Below the pieces are notes generated by a model. The model made no database searches, was not told the origin of the DNA, and was given only the letters and a program-made list of their open reading frames with translations. Shown here piece by piece: positions 22,936 through 33,803 of a stretch of 64,000 nt of DNA. The number at the start of each line of letters is the position of its first letter. Position 1 is the stretch's first letter. The DNA is from Rhizodiscina lignyota. Lineage: Eukaryota. Made by a program: the position numbers and the translations under genes. The stretch is taken from the NCBI GenBank assembly GCA_010015805.1, contig ML978132.1:186001-250000 (forward strand), written 5' to 3'.

Positions 22936-24680
22936 ATGTGGCTAAATATCGCTTTGTTGTTGTTGTTCATCATCGTAGGGGTCGTTTGCGATAGGAAGAG
23001 GTCTACTGAAGTAGACGGTGTAATATCTATTGAGCCCAGTGGCGTCTGGTATGTTACATATGTGAAAAGTCTCTTCTAAATTGAGTTCCAGCTAATTAAT
23101 TTTATCCAGGCAAGGAATTGATGGCTCGTGGTCCACGTTCATGATTCAGGTGGGAAACCCAGGTAACACTGTCATCCTTATCATTAGCTTGACATACTTT
23201 ACACCTTTGACCATGCTAATACAAATCAGGCCAGGGCGTCTATTTGCTGCCAAATACACTTTCCAACGCCGGTAATAGCATTTGGGTCGTAATCCCACCG
23301 GGTTGTACCGAGATCAACCAGAACGTTTCCGACTGCGCAGCGAAGCGTGGCGGCATGTTTGTGAGCAATCAGTCCACGAGCTGGTCAACTGAAAAGCTTC
23401 CAAACTACGGACTATTCTCATTAGAAACTGGCAACGAGGAGGTTCAACTTGGACTCAGTGGTAATGCTTACTACGGCTTTGATACCATCCACCTAGGCCT
23501 CAGCGGGTCTGGGCTTCCGCAAGTGCAAAATCAACTCGTTGCCGGCATGGCGACTAACGACTTCTGGCTCGGCAGTCTTGGTATTAGTCCGACAACTTTC
23601 AATATTACAAATTTCGATAGTCCGATTCCGAGTTTACTAGGTACGCTCAGGAGCCAGAAGTTTGTCCGCAGTACCACTTGGGGCTACACCGCCGGCGCTG
23701 TCTATCAGTCGCCAAGTGCTGTCGGAAGCCTGACATTTGGTGGTTATGATTCAGCACTCTTTGCGGCGAACGCATCAATTGTAGTATCGGCGGGGCCGAA
23801 CTTCTCAAATGATCTGCTCATAGCACTTCAGTCAATCACTTACGACTCCTATGGTAGTAGTCCGCTCCTCACGAATGGGACCCTTGTCTTAATAGACTCG
23901 ATGGTCGCGGAGATGTGGCTGCCCATCGAAGTGTGTCATGCTTTTGAGCAAGCCTTCAACCTGACTTGGAATGAGACGCACGAGCTGTACATCTTGGATG
24001 AGAAGGTCCATGCCAATCTCTTGGCCCAAAATCCAACATTTACTTTCACATTAGGCGGTTCGACTTCGGCTCCGGGAGGGCAAACGATTCAAATCAAATT
24101 CCCATATGCGGCATTCGATCTTAATGCAACTGCGCCATATGCAAAGCTTACCAACACTGTGCCATACTTTCCATTGAAACGCGCAGAAAACAGCTCGCAA
24201 TATGCTCTCGGCAGGGCATTCCTTCAAGAAGCGTATATCATTGCGGATTACGACAGATCTCAGTTTCATGTGTCCCAAGCATTGTTTCCAGACCTGGGTG
24301 ACTTGCCGAAACTTACTGCGATCGAACCGCCAAAGCCTGGGAATAACACAACCCCAGAGCCTCGGAAGGATGACAAGCTTAGTGAAGGAGCAATAGCAGG
24401 AATTGCAGTGGCGGCCGTCATTGTACCCTTTTCAATTATTGCTGCATTGGTGTACGTTTACAGACGGAGATCGGATCGACAGCGGAAATATAAGGAGAGT
24501 CAGATGGCCCTTGGAATGAGTTCTGACGTCTCAGAGCTCCCGATAAATCCTGCTCCGCTTGGAACGCAGGAGCTTCTGGTAGATGAGAAACCTGGAGAAG
24601 TCGTTGGGACTGTTATGGCGCCAGAATTGGACGCGGGCTTCGATCGAGTTGAGCTAGAAGCGCCTCATAATTCGTCATGA
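22936..24680 (+). CDS. Membrane-anchored pepsin-like (A1) aspartic peptidase homolog (2 introns)
   Basis: Signal peptide, GIDGSWSTF, GSLTFGGYD, LIDS, LGRAFLQEAYIIADY, single TM (GAIAGIAVAAV), cytosolic tail with ELxA repeats. Confidence 0.88.
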
Positions 24681-25169
24681 GCTGGGATAGACGTTTTAAA
24701 TGTCTCAGGACCGATGACTCAAGTGAAAGGTAGTCGCCGATATTCAGAGCTTTCTTATCGTTTGGTGATCTGTCAAAGATTTAATCTGTTATGAAATGCA
24801 GATTGAAAACGTGTTGTTAATTCGAAATTGCATTAATTGAAGGCGATCTGACTATCAGAATTCGAGCACAGCTCGGATCGATATATACAGTGATAAACTA
24901 CGTGAAATCTAAGCCCTTAGTGTAAACACCGCCTGAAACTGATACAACAACAGTTAGAAAATGCGAATTCTGAAGCAATTGAAACTTTATCACAAGAGAT
25001 ATAACACATTTGAAAGGCCTTGGGACTCAGAATTCTCTGACATGATCCTATATAACGAGGGTTACAAACGCGTTCAATTGAAGAGAGCTTGCAACAGACG
25101 TTCAGATGCCGAATGCTTCCTTCCTAAATCTTACGACCACTGCTCAGACACACACAGGGCACGTGATAA

Positions 25170-26135
25170 GACTCCATTTTCATCGGTGTGTGGCGATGGT
25201 GGCGAGAAGCTGTGCTCGATGTTTTGATTGAGAACGGGCTTCTCGAGATCATCGTGTATGGCGTGGCGGCCGAGAGAGGAATGAGATTGTGGCTAGAGAG
25301 CCATCCATAATACCGCGAGCTGCTCAAGATCACCTATGTAAACCATCCCGAATTCATCGGCATCTACGCCAACGACGAGCAGTTTGAACGAAACATCGAC
25401 ACGCTCGAAGAGGTGGCAGAGCGCAACACCATTCAAATTGCAACGGATTGGCTAAGGAAGCCCGGAAAAGAAAAGAAGGTGTCGGTCAAGAACTTACAGC
25501 TTGTCGTTAAGCAACCCGCACGCAAATCCCTCTCCTTCAAACGCACACGTAAGTGGATGCCCACCCTCACTGCCGATGGGAAAACGAGGTACGTTCCCAC
25601 ACCAGACTTTTACCACATTCACCAGGCGAGGTCGAAAGTCTGGCGGCGCGCGCATTACCACATACGCAAGCACGATCCGGACTTCAAGGAAAAACAGTTG
25701 TCGGCTCAGAAGAGGTGCTATAAAAGAAACAGGAAGGATCCTGCCTGGGTCGCGCGGTTCAACGCCAACGCATTGGCATGGCGCAATGCCCACAAAGACA
25801 CCCCCGAATTCAAAACCGCCGCCGCACTCTCAGATGCGAAGAAACATGCGAAGAGGAAGGCTGAGGGCAGGCCAGCTGGGAAGTTTCGAGAATGCATTCC
25901 CTGTGGAAAGTGGATAAGGGCTCTGCCTGCTATGTGAAAGGTCCATAAGAATGCGAAGAGCCATAAGGCTCGTGTGGCCCATCCAGAGAAGTTCAAGGCT
26001 TGCAATCGATGCGAAATCAAGGTGGCCCCAACCGGTTTACAGAAGCACCAGGGTTCAACTGCTTGTGAGGAGGAGTTGCAGCGAAGGAAATGGGTGCGAC
26101 AAGGATACAAAGTTGACCTCCGCTGGGATGAATAG
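25170..26135 (+). pseudogene. Decayed gene: unknown N-terminal domain, basic region and two zinc fingers
   Basis: A single frame interrupted by TAA (25308) and TGA (25935); the TGA splits CIPC...AM*KVHKNAKSH, followed by CNRC...KHQGSTAC. Confidence 0.65.
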
Positions 26136-26329
26136 TGGTGATGACGAACCAATTAAATCAAATACGACCACGACTCAGACACTCACATCTATAATATACT
26201 TATATTTAAAATTAGGTCTTCAATTTTGCTTGAGAGATAATTTAAGTCTACTTTAATAAACTTGTATCACGTGAATTCAATGCCAACCTCTTCTGCTGTC
26301 GAGACATCTTGAGATGATCGTACCTCAAG

Positions 26330-27531
26330 ATGCCTCCGAAATTATCATCAACAATCCATTTTCCGTCTTCACACGTGTCTGCGTCAAGAAAAAGGTACTT
26401 GGTTTTCAACGTTACCGGGAATCCCGGTTTGGCAGAATACTACCGACCTTTCCTGCTTTCTTTACGCGATAATCTGTCGTCAGATGCACCCAGCCGTGAT
26501 GTTGAATTCGACATATATTGCCGCACACTGTCAGGCTTTGAGACTGAGAAGTTGGCTTCAAAAGAGAGAAATGGATCGAATGGAGCTCCCGACAAGGGCG
26601 TTGGCCCACCCTTTGGCCTCGAGAGCCAGATTGGGCACACTGTAACGGCATTGAAAACTCTGGTCAGTGACTTGTCCGGAGACGGAAAGGAGCTTAGGAT
26701 CATCTTGATTGGCCATTCAGTCGGGGCCTATATGATTATGGAGATTATATCGAAATTACGGCGAGACATGGCAGTTGATGAGATGGAGAGAAAGAGTGAT
26801 CACACTTTTCCCAATGTCGTCGGTGGTATATGTTTGTTCCCAACCGTCACGCACCTCGCGCAGAGTAGTAGTGGAAGGGTTCTCGAAGTGAGTTGTCTAA
26901 TACCCCTAGAATGATGCCTGTGAGCATTAGTCGTACCGCATGCATTTTCCGGACGTCACGACGAGCTGTCGCTAACAACGGCGCAGCCGCTTTGTCTAAT
27001 TCCGTACTTTCCATTTCTTGTACATTGCCTAGTTAAGCTACTCACTATGCTTCTTCCATATGCTGCATTGTTATATCTCGTTCAATTTGTCACCCGAATG
27101 CCTCTGGCAGCGGCAGAGATCACGACGACATTCTTGGCCAGTCCAAATGGGGTATATCAGGCACTGTAAGCTCTAGGCACCTACCTCTGCGGTACCAAGC
27201 TGATGATCGCAGTTATATGGCGCGCGATGAGATACGGCAAATCACCATTGACAAATGGGACTCTGACATCTGGGGCGCAGCGCATCCCGCATGTACACCA
27301 AGGCCCAAGTTGTTCTTCTACTTTGGCGAGCAAGATCACTGGGTTGCAAATGAGGCAAGGGATCAGCTCATCGCTGCAAGAGCATACTCGGGCGCTGAAG
27401 GGGAAGAATGGAAGCCGCGGATGGAGATCGATTGCAAAGGCATACCGCATGGTTTCGTGATTCGGCACAGTGAAGAGGTTGCATCGAAAGTAGCAGAGTG
27501 GATAGAAGGCACAGTGAGACAGGCCATTTGA
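26330..27531 (+). CDS. Lipid droplet-associated hydrolase (LDAH/DUF2305, alpha/beta hydrolase), 2 introns
   Basis: TGNPGLAEYY, GHSVG nucleophile elbow, LFPTV, FYFGEQDHWV, IPHGF. Confidence 0.9.
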
Positions 27532-27942
27532 CGTGGCATCTTTGTTTGCTTCTGCGACTGAGCACAGAAGATCATATAGACTCCATGGATGCTGATGCAA
27601 GAAACCTCATTCCCTTTGGGGTATCGTGCTTCCCAAAATCAAAACCAGACCTGATATTCCAATCGAACCAAAGACTCCAGAAACCCATGATGCTTCATCG
27701 AATGCTTGCCTTTCGAAACATTTCCGCTAGCAGATCTTGGCCTGTAAGGTCGGCTGCGCTCTGACTTGCATGATTTCCGTCTAAGCTAAGTTGAGATAGA
27801 GCCGAACCCATCGCCATAGCCACATTGTAAGGAGAATTGTCTCGGAAGAAGGCCGTGCTGGGGTTTCCCTTAGACGTCGGCGCATACTGTTGTGTTGTAA
27901 GAGCTCACTATAACTGTGTTAGGAAAGGATCGAGCGGGAAAT

Positions 27943-28791
27943 CTAAAATACCTCGTTTTGCTGCGCCTTGTGCTTACGAAATAGGTCGCCAAGATCAAGT
28001 TGTTGACCCATCGGTGGCACAACCGGCGCTCCTTGGTGACGTTGCGGGTGAGAAGCAGTAGCTTGGTCGGGTATCATGGATCGTCCAGCTGAGACACGCG
28101 ACGCCTCTGCCACAGCGGCGCATTCGTTGATGACTTGAGAGATCTCTTCGTGTTTGTTTGCAAGGCTGCCACCGGATTCTGTGGAAATCCACACTCCATG
28201 AGCGTTCACACGCGATGGCCCTTGTGCGTCTCCATATCCTTCTGCGCCCGTAATCAATTCGCGCCCTAGCAGTATCACAATTGAGTCCGTCACTTCAACA
28301 TCCTGGCTCTTCTCAATCATCTTCGCGAATCTGCGTAGGTTCTTCTGGTTCATGATGATGAGGGCGAAGCGGCGTGCGCCTGGAAGTGCTGGGTCTTCTA
28401 CGAGGTCGCAGACAAACATGGGTCCTGCAACCTGTTGCTCCTGCCACATCTTCTCTTCCTTCTTGGCGGTGGGGTCGAAGTTGTAGAGGACTACATAGGG
28501 TGCGACACGTAGGATGGACTTGACGGAGGGGTATTGCTTCTGCGCGACGAGGAGGTTAATCTCATCCTTGGTTTTTGGAAGATTTGCAAGATCGAGGGGG
28601 AGATTGTAGTCCTGGTAGTACTGATCGAGGCCGTCATCGTTTTCTGTGTCTTCAGTTTCCGTGTCATCAGCTTGGGCGTCCTCGGTTTGCGTGTCCTCTG
28701 TTTGTTGTTGATATTGTTGTGGGGACTGGTGTTGATGGTACGCTTGGGATTGAGAGTGATTCCGGCGAGGCCGGTTATCACGAGAGGCCAT
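27943..28791 (-). CDS. DCP1: Dcp1-like mRNA decapping activator (EVH1 fold)
   Basis: INLLVAQKQYPSVKSIL..APYVVLYNF...W....VAGPMFVC...FALIIMNQKNL...HGVWI. Confidence 0.8.
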   Translation of the reverse strand: MASRDNRPRRNHSQSQAYHQHQSPQQYQQQTEDTQTEDAQADDTETEDTENDDGLDQYYQDYNLPLDLANLPKTKDEINLLVAQKQYPSVKSILRVAPYVVLYNFDPTAKKEEKMWQEQQVAGPMFVCDLVEDPALPGARRFALIIMNQKNLRRFAKMIEKSQDVEVTDSIVILLGRELITGAEGYGDAQGPSRVNAHGVWISTESGGSLANKHEEISQVINECAAVAEASRVSAGRSMIPDQATASHPQRHQGAPVVPPMGQQLDLGDLFRKHKAQQNEVF

Positions 28792-29113
28792 TTTGGCAGC
28801 ACTCGAGGATATTCTTTGCCGTGGATAGGTGCTGTTACATTAGATCAGTGTTGTGCGCGGGTTGTTGTGGAGTGTTGGAGGGAACGCGGTGTGGGGGAAG
28901 AATTACAGATCGGCGGAGCGCGATTTGGAGGCCCAAGCTTCACTTCGTCATCGAAATCGTCGTGTGCCCGCGCAAAGGCATCTCCACCATCCAGTCCCGC
29001 GCGTTGCATAGCCTCATTCGAAGATGATATTACTACTTTAATCGTAAAAATAATGCCTTCATAAACTGCTCTCACGGCCAGTCACTGCCCGCGCCGCCCG
29101 CCGACCACCGGCA

Positions 29114-32100
29114 ATGTCGTCTGATCCCCGAAGCTCCGCGGAGCACCTGGACGCTAGCATTCCAGGCAGCTTTCCTGAAGCTTTGCCTCCAGGCGGCTAC
29201 TCGAGCCAGCAGAGTCTTGCGCAGGCTATTCATGCCCGAAGAGCCGAGTACACTCGACCGAAGCGGATCAAGATTAAGATTGGAACATGGAACGTCGCAG
29301 CATACAAGGGGACGGAGAAGGATATCGGAGGGTGGCTCATTGGAGGCAAAGGGGTGGCAGAAGAACTAGCAGGCTTGGGAATCGCTTCTCAAGACCAGCC
29401 ACATGGTGACACTGGGCCAACCCCTGAGGATCCTCGAGATCAGCGCGAAACTGTCGAAGATCAAGAAGCTCGGAGGACAAGAAAGGAGAGCACGATCCCC
29501 AGAAACGATCCTGGATCTGTCGACGGTGGAGAAGATATTGGCATATACGCTGTTGGCCTGCAGGAGGTCTTGGACATATCCTCTGCGACGGAGGCACTGC
29601 GGCCATACACTGACCCAGCAACCGCGAACAAGTTCAAATCAGCTCTTGACGAAGCGCTGCCGAATGGTTACCAGCTTGTGGCAGAACAGCAGCTCATTGG
29701 GCTTTTGCTGCTTATCTATGCAGCTCCGGATATTGCGCAAGAAGTCAAATCAGTGAGCACGACGAGTGTGGGAACCGGTCTGATGGGCTATATGGGCAAT
29801 AAAGGGGCAGTGACGGCACGAATCGTGATTGGAGAGACTACACGGCTCGTTTTTGTCAATTGCCACCTTGCTGCTGGAGCGGATGCAGGATCACTGGAGC
29901 GAAGAAACTGGGATGCTGCGCAAATTACGAGCAGAACGCGATTTGATCCGATCACAGACAGTCTGGGAGCCGTACAAGGAAAAGGCGAAACAATCGGAGA
30001 CGAAGACTTTGCCTTCTGGTTTGGAGATTTGAACTACAGGTTGCAAGGCATGCCTGGTGATGACGTTCGAAGGCTATTGATGCTGCACACACGAAATGAG
30101 TACGATCTAAGTCAGACACACTCTCGTAAGATCGAGCAAGCCCTGTCAGAATCATCTTCAATATCCGAGTCTACAGAAACGCGCAACCGGAGCTCATCTG
30201 ATACCACAAACAGCTCAGTCCCAGTAGAGGACTCAGAGGATGAGGATATTCATATTCCAGCGAATTTCGACCCTGCATCGCTCCAGACGACTCTTGACTC
30301 CCTTTTACCGCATGACGAGCTATACGAGCAAATAAAGACACGAAAGGCCTTTCATGACGGTTGGCGAGAAGGGGCCATCAAATTCATGCCGACTTACAAA
30401 TACGACGTCGGGAGTGTCGGAATATTCGATTCGAGTGAGAAACGCAGATGCCCTAGCTGGTGCGATCGCATTCTGTATCGGACGAGGCGCGATAAGCTCG
30501 CATATGACAATAAATTCAGTGAGGAAGAGGAAGCAAAGAAGCGGGATGAGGAGATCAGAGAACGCGGCATTGACCAGGCGAGCGAGGATGACGATGTTCT
30601 GTTCGATTCTGAATATAACCCTGAGACTGACGGAGATGACTACGATGAGTATGACGAGTATGTGGATGACGGTCAAACGCAAGTAGTCGAGACTAGGGCA
30701 GGCTTCGAGGACGAGATCAAACTCGAGATGTACACTTCACATCAGAGAGTGCTCTCGTCGGATCATAAGCCGCTGGCAGCTGTATTTTCTTTCAAGTACG
30801 ATGCTGTTGTGCCAGAGCTGAAGACCAAGATTCATCAGGAAGTTGCACGAGAATTGGATCGGGCAGAGAACGAGGGACGGCCGACAGTTACTCTACTTGT
30901 GGATCGCTCGCACAGTTCAGACCACGAGGATCTCGTTGCAGACGACGATACAGAACATTTCGAAGGGGTCAATTTCGGAGCTGCTCGATACGGCCAGAGC
31001 AAGCGACGAAGTATAACAATAGCGAATACAGGCCAGGTGCCGGCAACTGTCAGCTTTGTCGACCGTCCAGTTAGTGCTGGCCAAATAGAAGGACCCATGC
31101 CTATTTGGCTCTCTGCAAAATTCGATAGGGAAGCCGACAGTGATAGCTCAGCTTCCAAAGACACGAAACTGACGTCCAATTCTCCGAATTTGAGATTCAC
31201 TCTCGATCCCGGCGACGCCACAACTGTAACCTTGCTTCTACGTGTCGAAGTCATGGAACTAGTCAAGTCTCTCAACGAGGGCATCGCATCTCTTGACGAC
31301 ATTCTTGTTCTGCGAGTCGAAGACGGCCGCGATCACTTCCTTCCTGTCCGCGCCAAGTGGTTGCATTCCAGTCTCGGCCGCTCGATTGACAAGCTAATTC
31401 GAATCCCGGAGGGCGGAGTCAGGCGCTTACAAGGCCAAAAACCTAACAGCGGATCGGGCCATCGAACTGACGCGACTTGTGGAAGGGCTTCTGGCACCAG
31501 TTCTCCAGCGTCGTTATCACACACCGACACGAACACGGTAAAGTGGTCCGCGCCGCGAGAGTTATTCCGGCTGACGGAAGCTGTAGAAAACCTTGCGCAA
31601 AGGTCCATCGCAGAGTGGGATATGACAGCCGTTCCACCACCTCTGCCTCCGCGACCTGGAACCTCTCAGCCTACGACTCCCAAGAAAAGCTCTGAAAACG
31701 GGCGGCAAAGGCCACCGTGGGAGCTGCACTCTGGTTGGCCATTCTGGGAAGACAGCTGGAGCCCCTGGGGTGCGGATGCTCGCAAAGCCACTGTGTCGAG
31801 TATCTATGAGGCTTTAGATGTCGACAAGCCTTTCGACGAGTTGATCGATGCAGCGACACCCGTATTGGCGAGACTCGAGGCTTTTGCAGGGGTCCTGGTG
31901 ACTTTCCTCACCAACTTAGGAGACGGTGTGATCACGCCGGATCTCTGGGACAAAGTCGACGCCGATATGACTGCGAGAGAGCGTGACAAGAGCAACAAGC
32001 AGCAACCACTACCCATCGACGACGAACGTAGTCGAGTCATGGAAATCATGGCAGAGATGCCTGCTCATAACGTGTCCTTTGTGCTAGTTACATCAATGCT

Positions 32101-32452
32101 TTCGCGGCTGATTGCTGAAGAGACGGCTTCAGACCACACAGCTACAGCAGCATCTGTCAAATCCACACCACACAAGCGCGAAGCCAGCACTGATAGTGCC
32201 TCAACCACTCCATCGCGCGGTATTCCAATATTAAGACGGAGAGCGGCATCACGCGTGAGTGAGGATGAGGGTGAGAAGGCAGAGAAGGCAGTTCAGACAA
32301 GGCGAAAATTAAGGGAGAAGGCGTATGCTGTCACATTTGCAGAGGCCATGATAAGGATGCCGAATGTGGAGGGAATGAAGGAAAGGGAAAGGCGAAGCAG
32401 AGAAGAGAGGGGTGTCCATGTGATCGAGCTGTTCCTCAAGGAAGATAGTTGA
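29114..32452 (+). CDS. OCRL/INPP5B-like inositol polyphosphate 5-phosphatase (5-phosphatase, ASH-like and RhoGAP-like regions)
   Basis: GTWNV, GLQE, GNKGAV, NCHLAAG, FWFGDLNYR, PTYKYD, PSWCDRILY, SDHKP; then ITIANTGQVPA and LDDILVLRVEDGRDHFL. Confidence 0.94.
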   Translation: MSSDPRSSAEHLDASIPGSFPEALPPGGYSSQQSLAQAIHARRAEYTRPKRIKIKIGTWNVAAYKGTEKDIGGWLIGGKGVAEELAGLGIASQDQPHGDTGPTPEDPRDQRETVEDQEARRTRKESTIPRNDPGSVDGGEDIGIYAVGLQEVLDISSATEALRPYTDPATANKFKSALDEALPNGYQLVAEQQLIGLLLLIYAAPDIAQEVKSVSTTSVGTGLMGYMGNKGAVTARIVIGETTRLVFVNCHLAAGADAGSLERRNWDAAQITSRTRFDPITDSLGAVQGKGETIGDEDFAFWFGDLNYRLQGMPGDDVRRLLMLHTRNEYDLSQTHSRKIEQALSESSSISESTETRNRSSSDTTNSSVPVEDSEDEDIHIPANFDPASLQTTLDSLLPHDELYEQIKTRKAFHDGWREGAIKFMPTYKYDVGSVGIFDSSEKRRCPSWCDRILYRTRRDKLAYDNKFSEEEEAKKRDEEIRERGIDQASEDDDVLFDSEYNPETDGDDYDEYDEYVDDGQTQVVETRAGFEDEIKLEMYTSHQRVLSSDHKPLAAVFSFKYDAVVPELKTKIHQEVARELDRAENEGRPTVTLLVDRSHSSDHEDLVADDDTEHFEGVNFGAARYGQSKRRSITIANTGQVPATVSFVDRPVSAGQIEGPMPIWLSAKFDREADSDSSASKDTKLTSNSPNLRFTLDPGDATTVTLLLRVEVMELVKSLNEGIASLDDILVLRVEDGRDHFLPVRAKWLHSSLGRSIDKLIRIPEGGVRRLQGQKPNSGSGHRTDATCGRASGTSSPASLSHTDTNTVKWSAPRELFRLTEAVENLAQRSIAEWDMTAVPPPLPPRPGTSQPTTPKKSSENGRQRPPWELHSGWPFWEDSWSPWGADARKATVSSIYEALDVDKPFDELIDAATPVLARLEAFAGVLVTFLTNLGDGVITPDLWDKVDADMTARERDKSNKQQPLPIDDERSRVMEIMAEMPAHNVSFVLVTSMLSRLIAEETASDHTATAASVKSTPHKREASTDSASTTPSRGIPILRRRAASRVSEDEGEKAEKAVQTRRKLREKAYAVTFAEAMIRMPNVEGMKERERRSREERGVHVIELFLKEDS

Positions 32453-32978
32453 TGGCAGCTCATGCGTCCTCTTTCGCACATGTGGCTATATACGTATATA
32501 CATGATACCCAGTTTCTTTGTCTAAACCTCCCAACATATACTGTGCAAGGCAACTTGTCCATAACTCTCATACCCGAACACGATTTACTCGTTAAGTTCT
32601 TCCCTTATCTTGTTAAATTCACTATCCAATAGCATTTTCGCCTTTCCTTGCTTCCAAGCTACGGCTTACTAAATAGCCGCAACCAATACCCAAAGCGGGA
32701 CGACTCGGTATGTATACAGCTCAAGATAGCTCAAGGAATCCTGGGCACGTCATCATATCAGCTGACGGTCTACAAGTGCATCTTTGGATTTTAAGATGAA
32801 CCAAACTAATATTTGACAGATCCATCTCACGTAAACGTTTTTAACTACCCCTAACGCTGCTGTGGAGCGAAATTCCAGAGAACGCGGTAGGACGGAAATC
32901 ACACAAGTACAGCATAGATAGCCTCCGCGTCGTTCTACCCTCGGCAACAAGGAAATCATCGCTGTGCAGATACCGAAA

Positions 32979-33728
32979 ATGTCGACAGATACCGCAAAGA
33001 AGCTCTGTCTACCAAGTATCGATTTCTTTGATCTACCGCCGGAGATTCGTATCATCATATACGAATTCTCCCTTCAGCAGCCCGGATGGACGTTCATTGG
33101 CGACATTTCTCCATTGTGCCAAGTGAATCGACAAATCCGTTACGAGGCATTGCCTCTATTCTATCGAACCAACGACCTGTGTCTTGATCTCAGAGCGCCG
33201 CATGACGTTCACCAGGCTCGACTTCAATTGTGGCGAGACTGGTTGTCCATCAGCTATGCGAAAGACCTTCGGGCGATAATGTCATTTCACCTCTCTTTTC
33301 ACGTGGTACTCACTGATGGATTCCCGGGGGCACCTCTAAGGGCGAACCAGAATAAATGTTCGGTCACTGCAGAGATGCAGATCTCGGCGAGGTGGTTTGT
33401 GATCCGCTTTCTGGGACCGTACAGCTTGTCTATGCCTAGTTGGCAGTTTCTGAACGGCGCGGTCCAAGACTTACTCATCAGCCGGAGGACGGAAGATTGG
33501 GATGGAAAAGTACTGCTCACGGTAGCTGAGACGATTATGAAAGGCGCAAAGCGGCTTGAATGTGTACCTCCCTGGTCAGCAGTCGGTCAACCACCAAAGC
33601 GATTCGCGTATGTACGGGATGACAGCATAGCGGGTATCGAAACACGATATTGTTGGGCAAGCTATGAGTGGGGATCCCACTGTCCCAAAGCGGGATGCGT
33701 ATGTCCGGAACGCTCGAAAACGAATTGA
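32979..33728 (+). CDS. Hypothetical protein with N-terminal F-box-like/2EXR-type motif
   Basis: FFDLPPEIRIIIYEF...LCQVNRQIRYEALPLFY. Confidence 0.72.
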   Translation: MSTDTAKKLCLPSIDFFDLPPEIRIIIYEFSLQQPGWTFIGDISPLCQVNRQIRYEALPLFYRTNDLCLDLRAPHDVHQARLQLWRDWLSISYAKDLRAIMSFHLSFHVVLTDGFPGAPLRANQNKCSVTAEMQISARWFVIRFLGPYSLSMPSWQFLNGAVQDLLISRRTEDWDGKVLLTVAETIMKGAKRLECVPPWSAVGQPPKRFAYVRDDSIAGIETRYCWASYEWGSHCPKAGCVCPERSKTN

Positions 33729-33803
33729 GAGAGCAGTCCACAAACACGTACGTCAATAGCTACCTTGCTGGGTTCATTGGAAACATCGAATGTCATTACG
33801 CGT

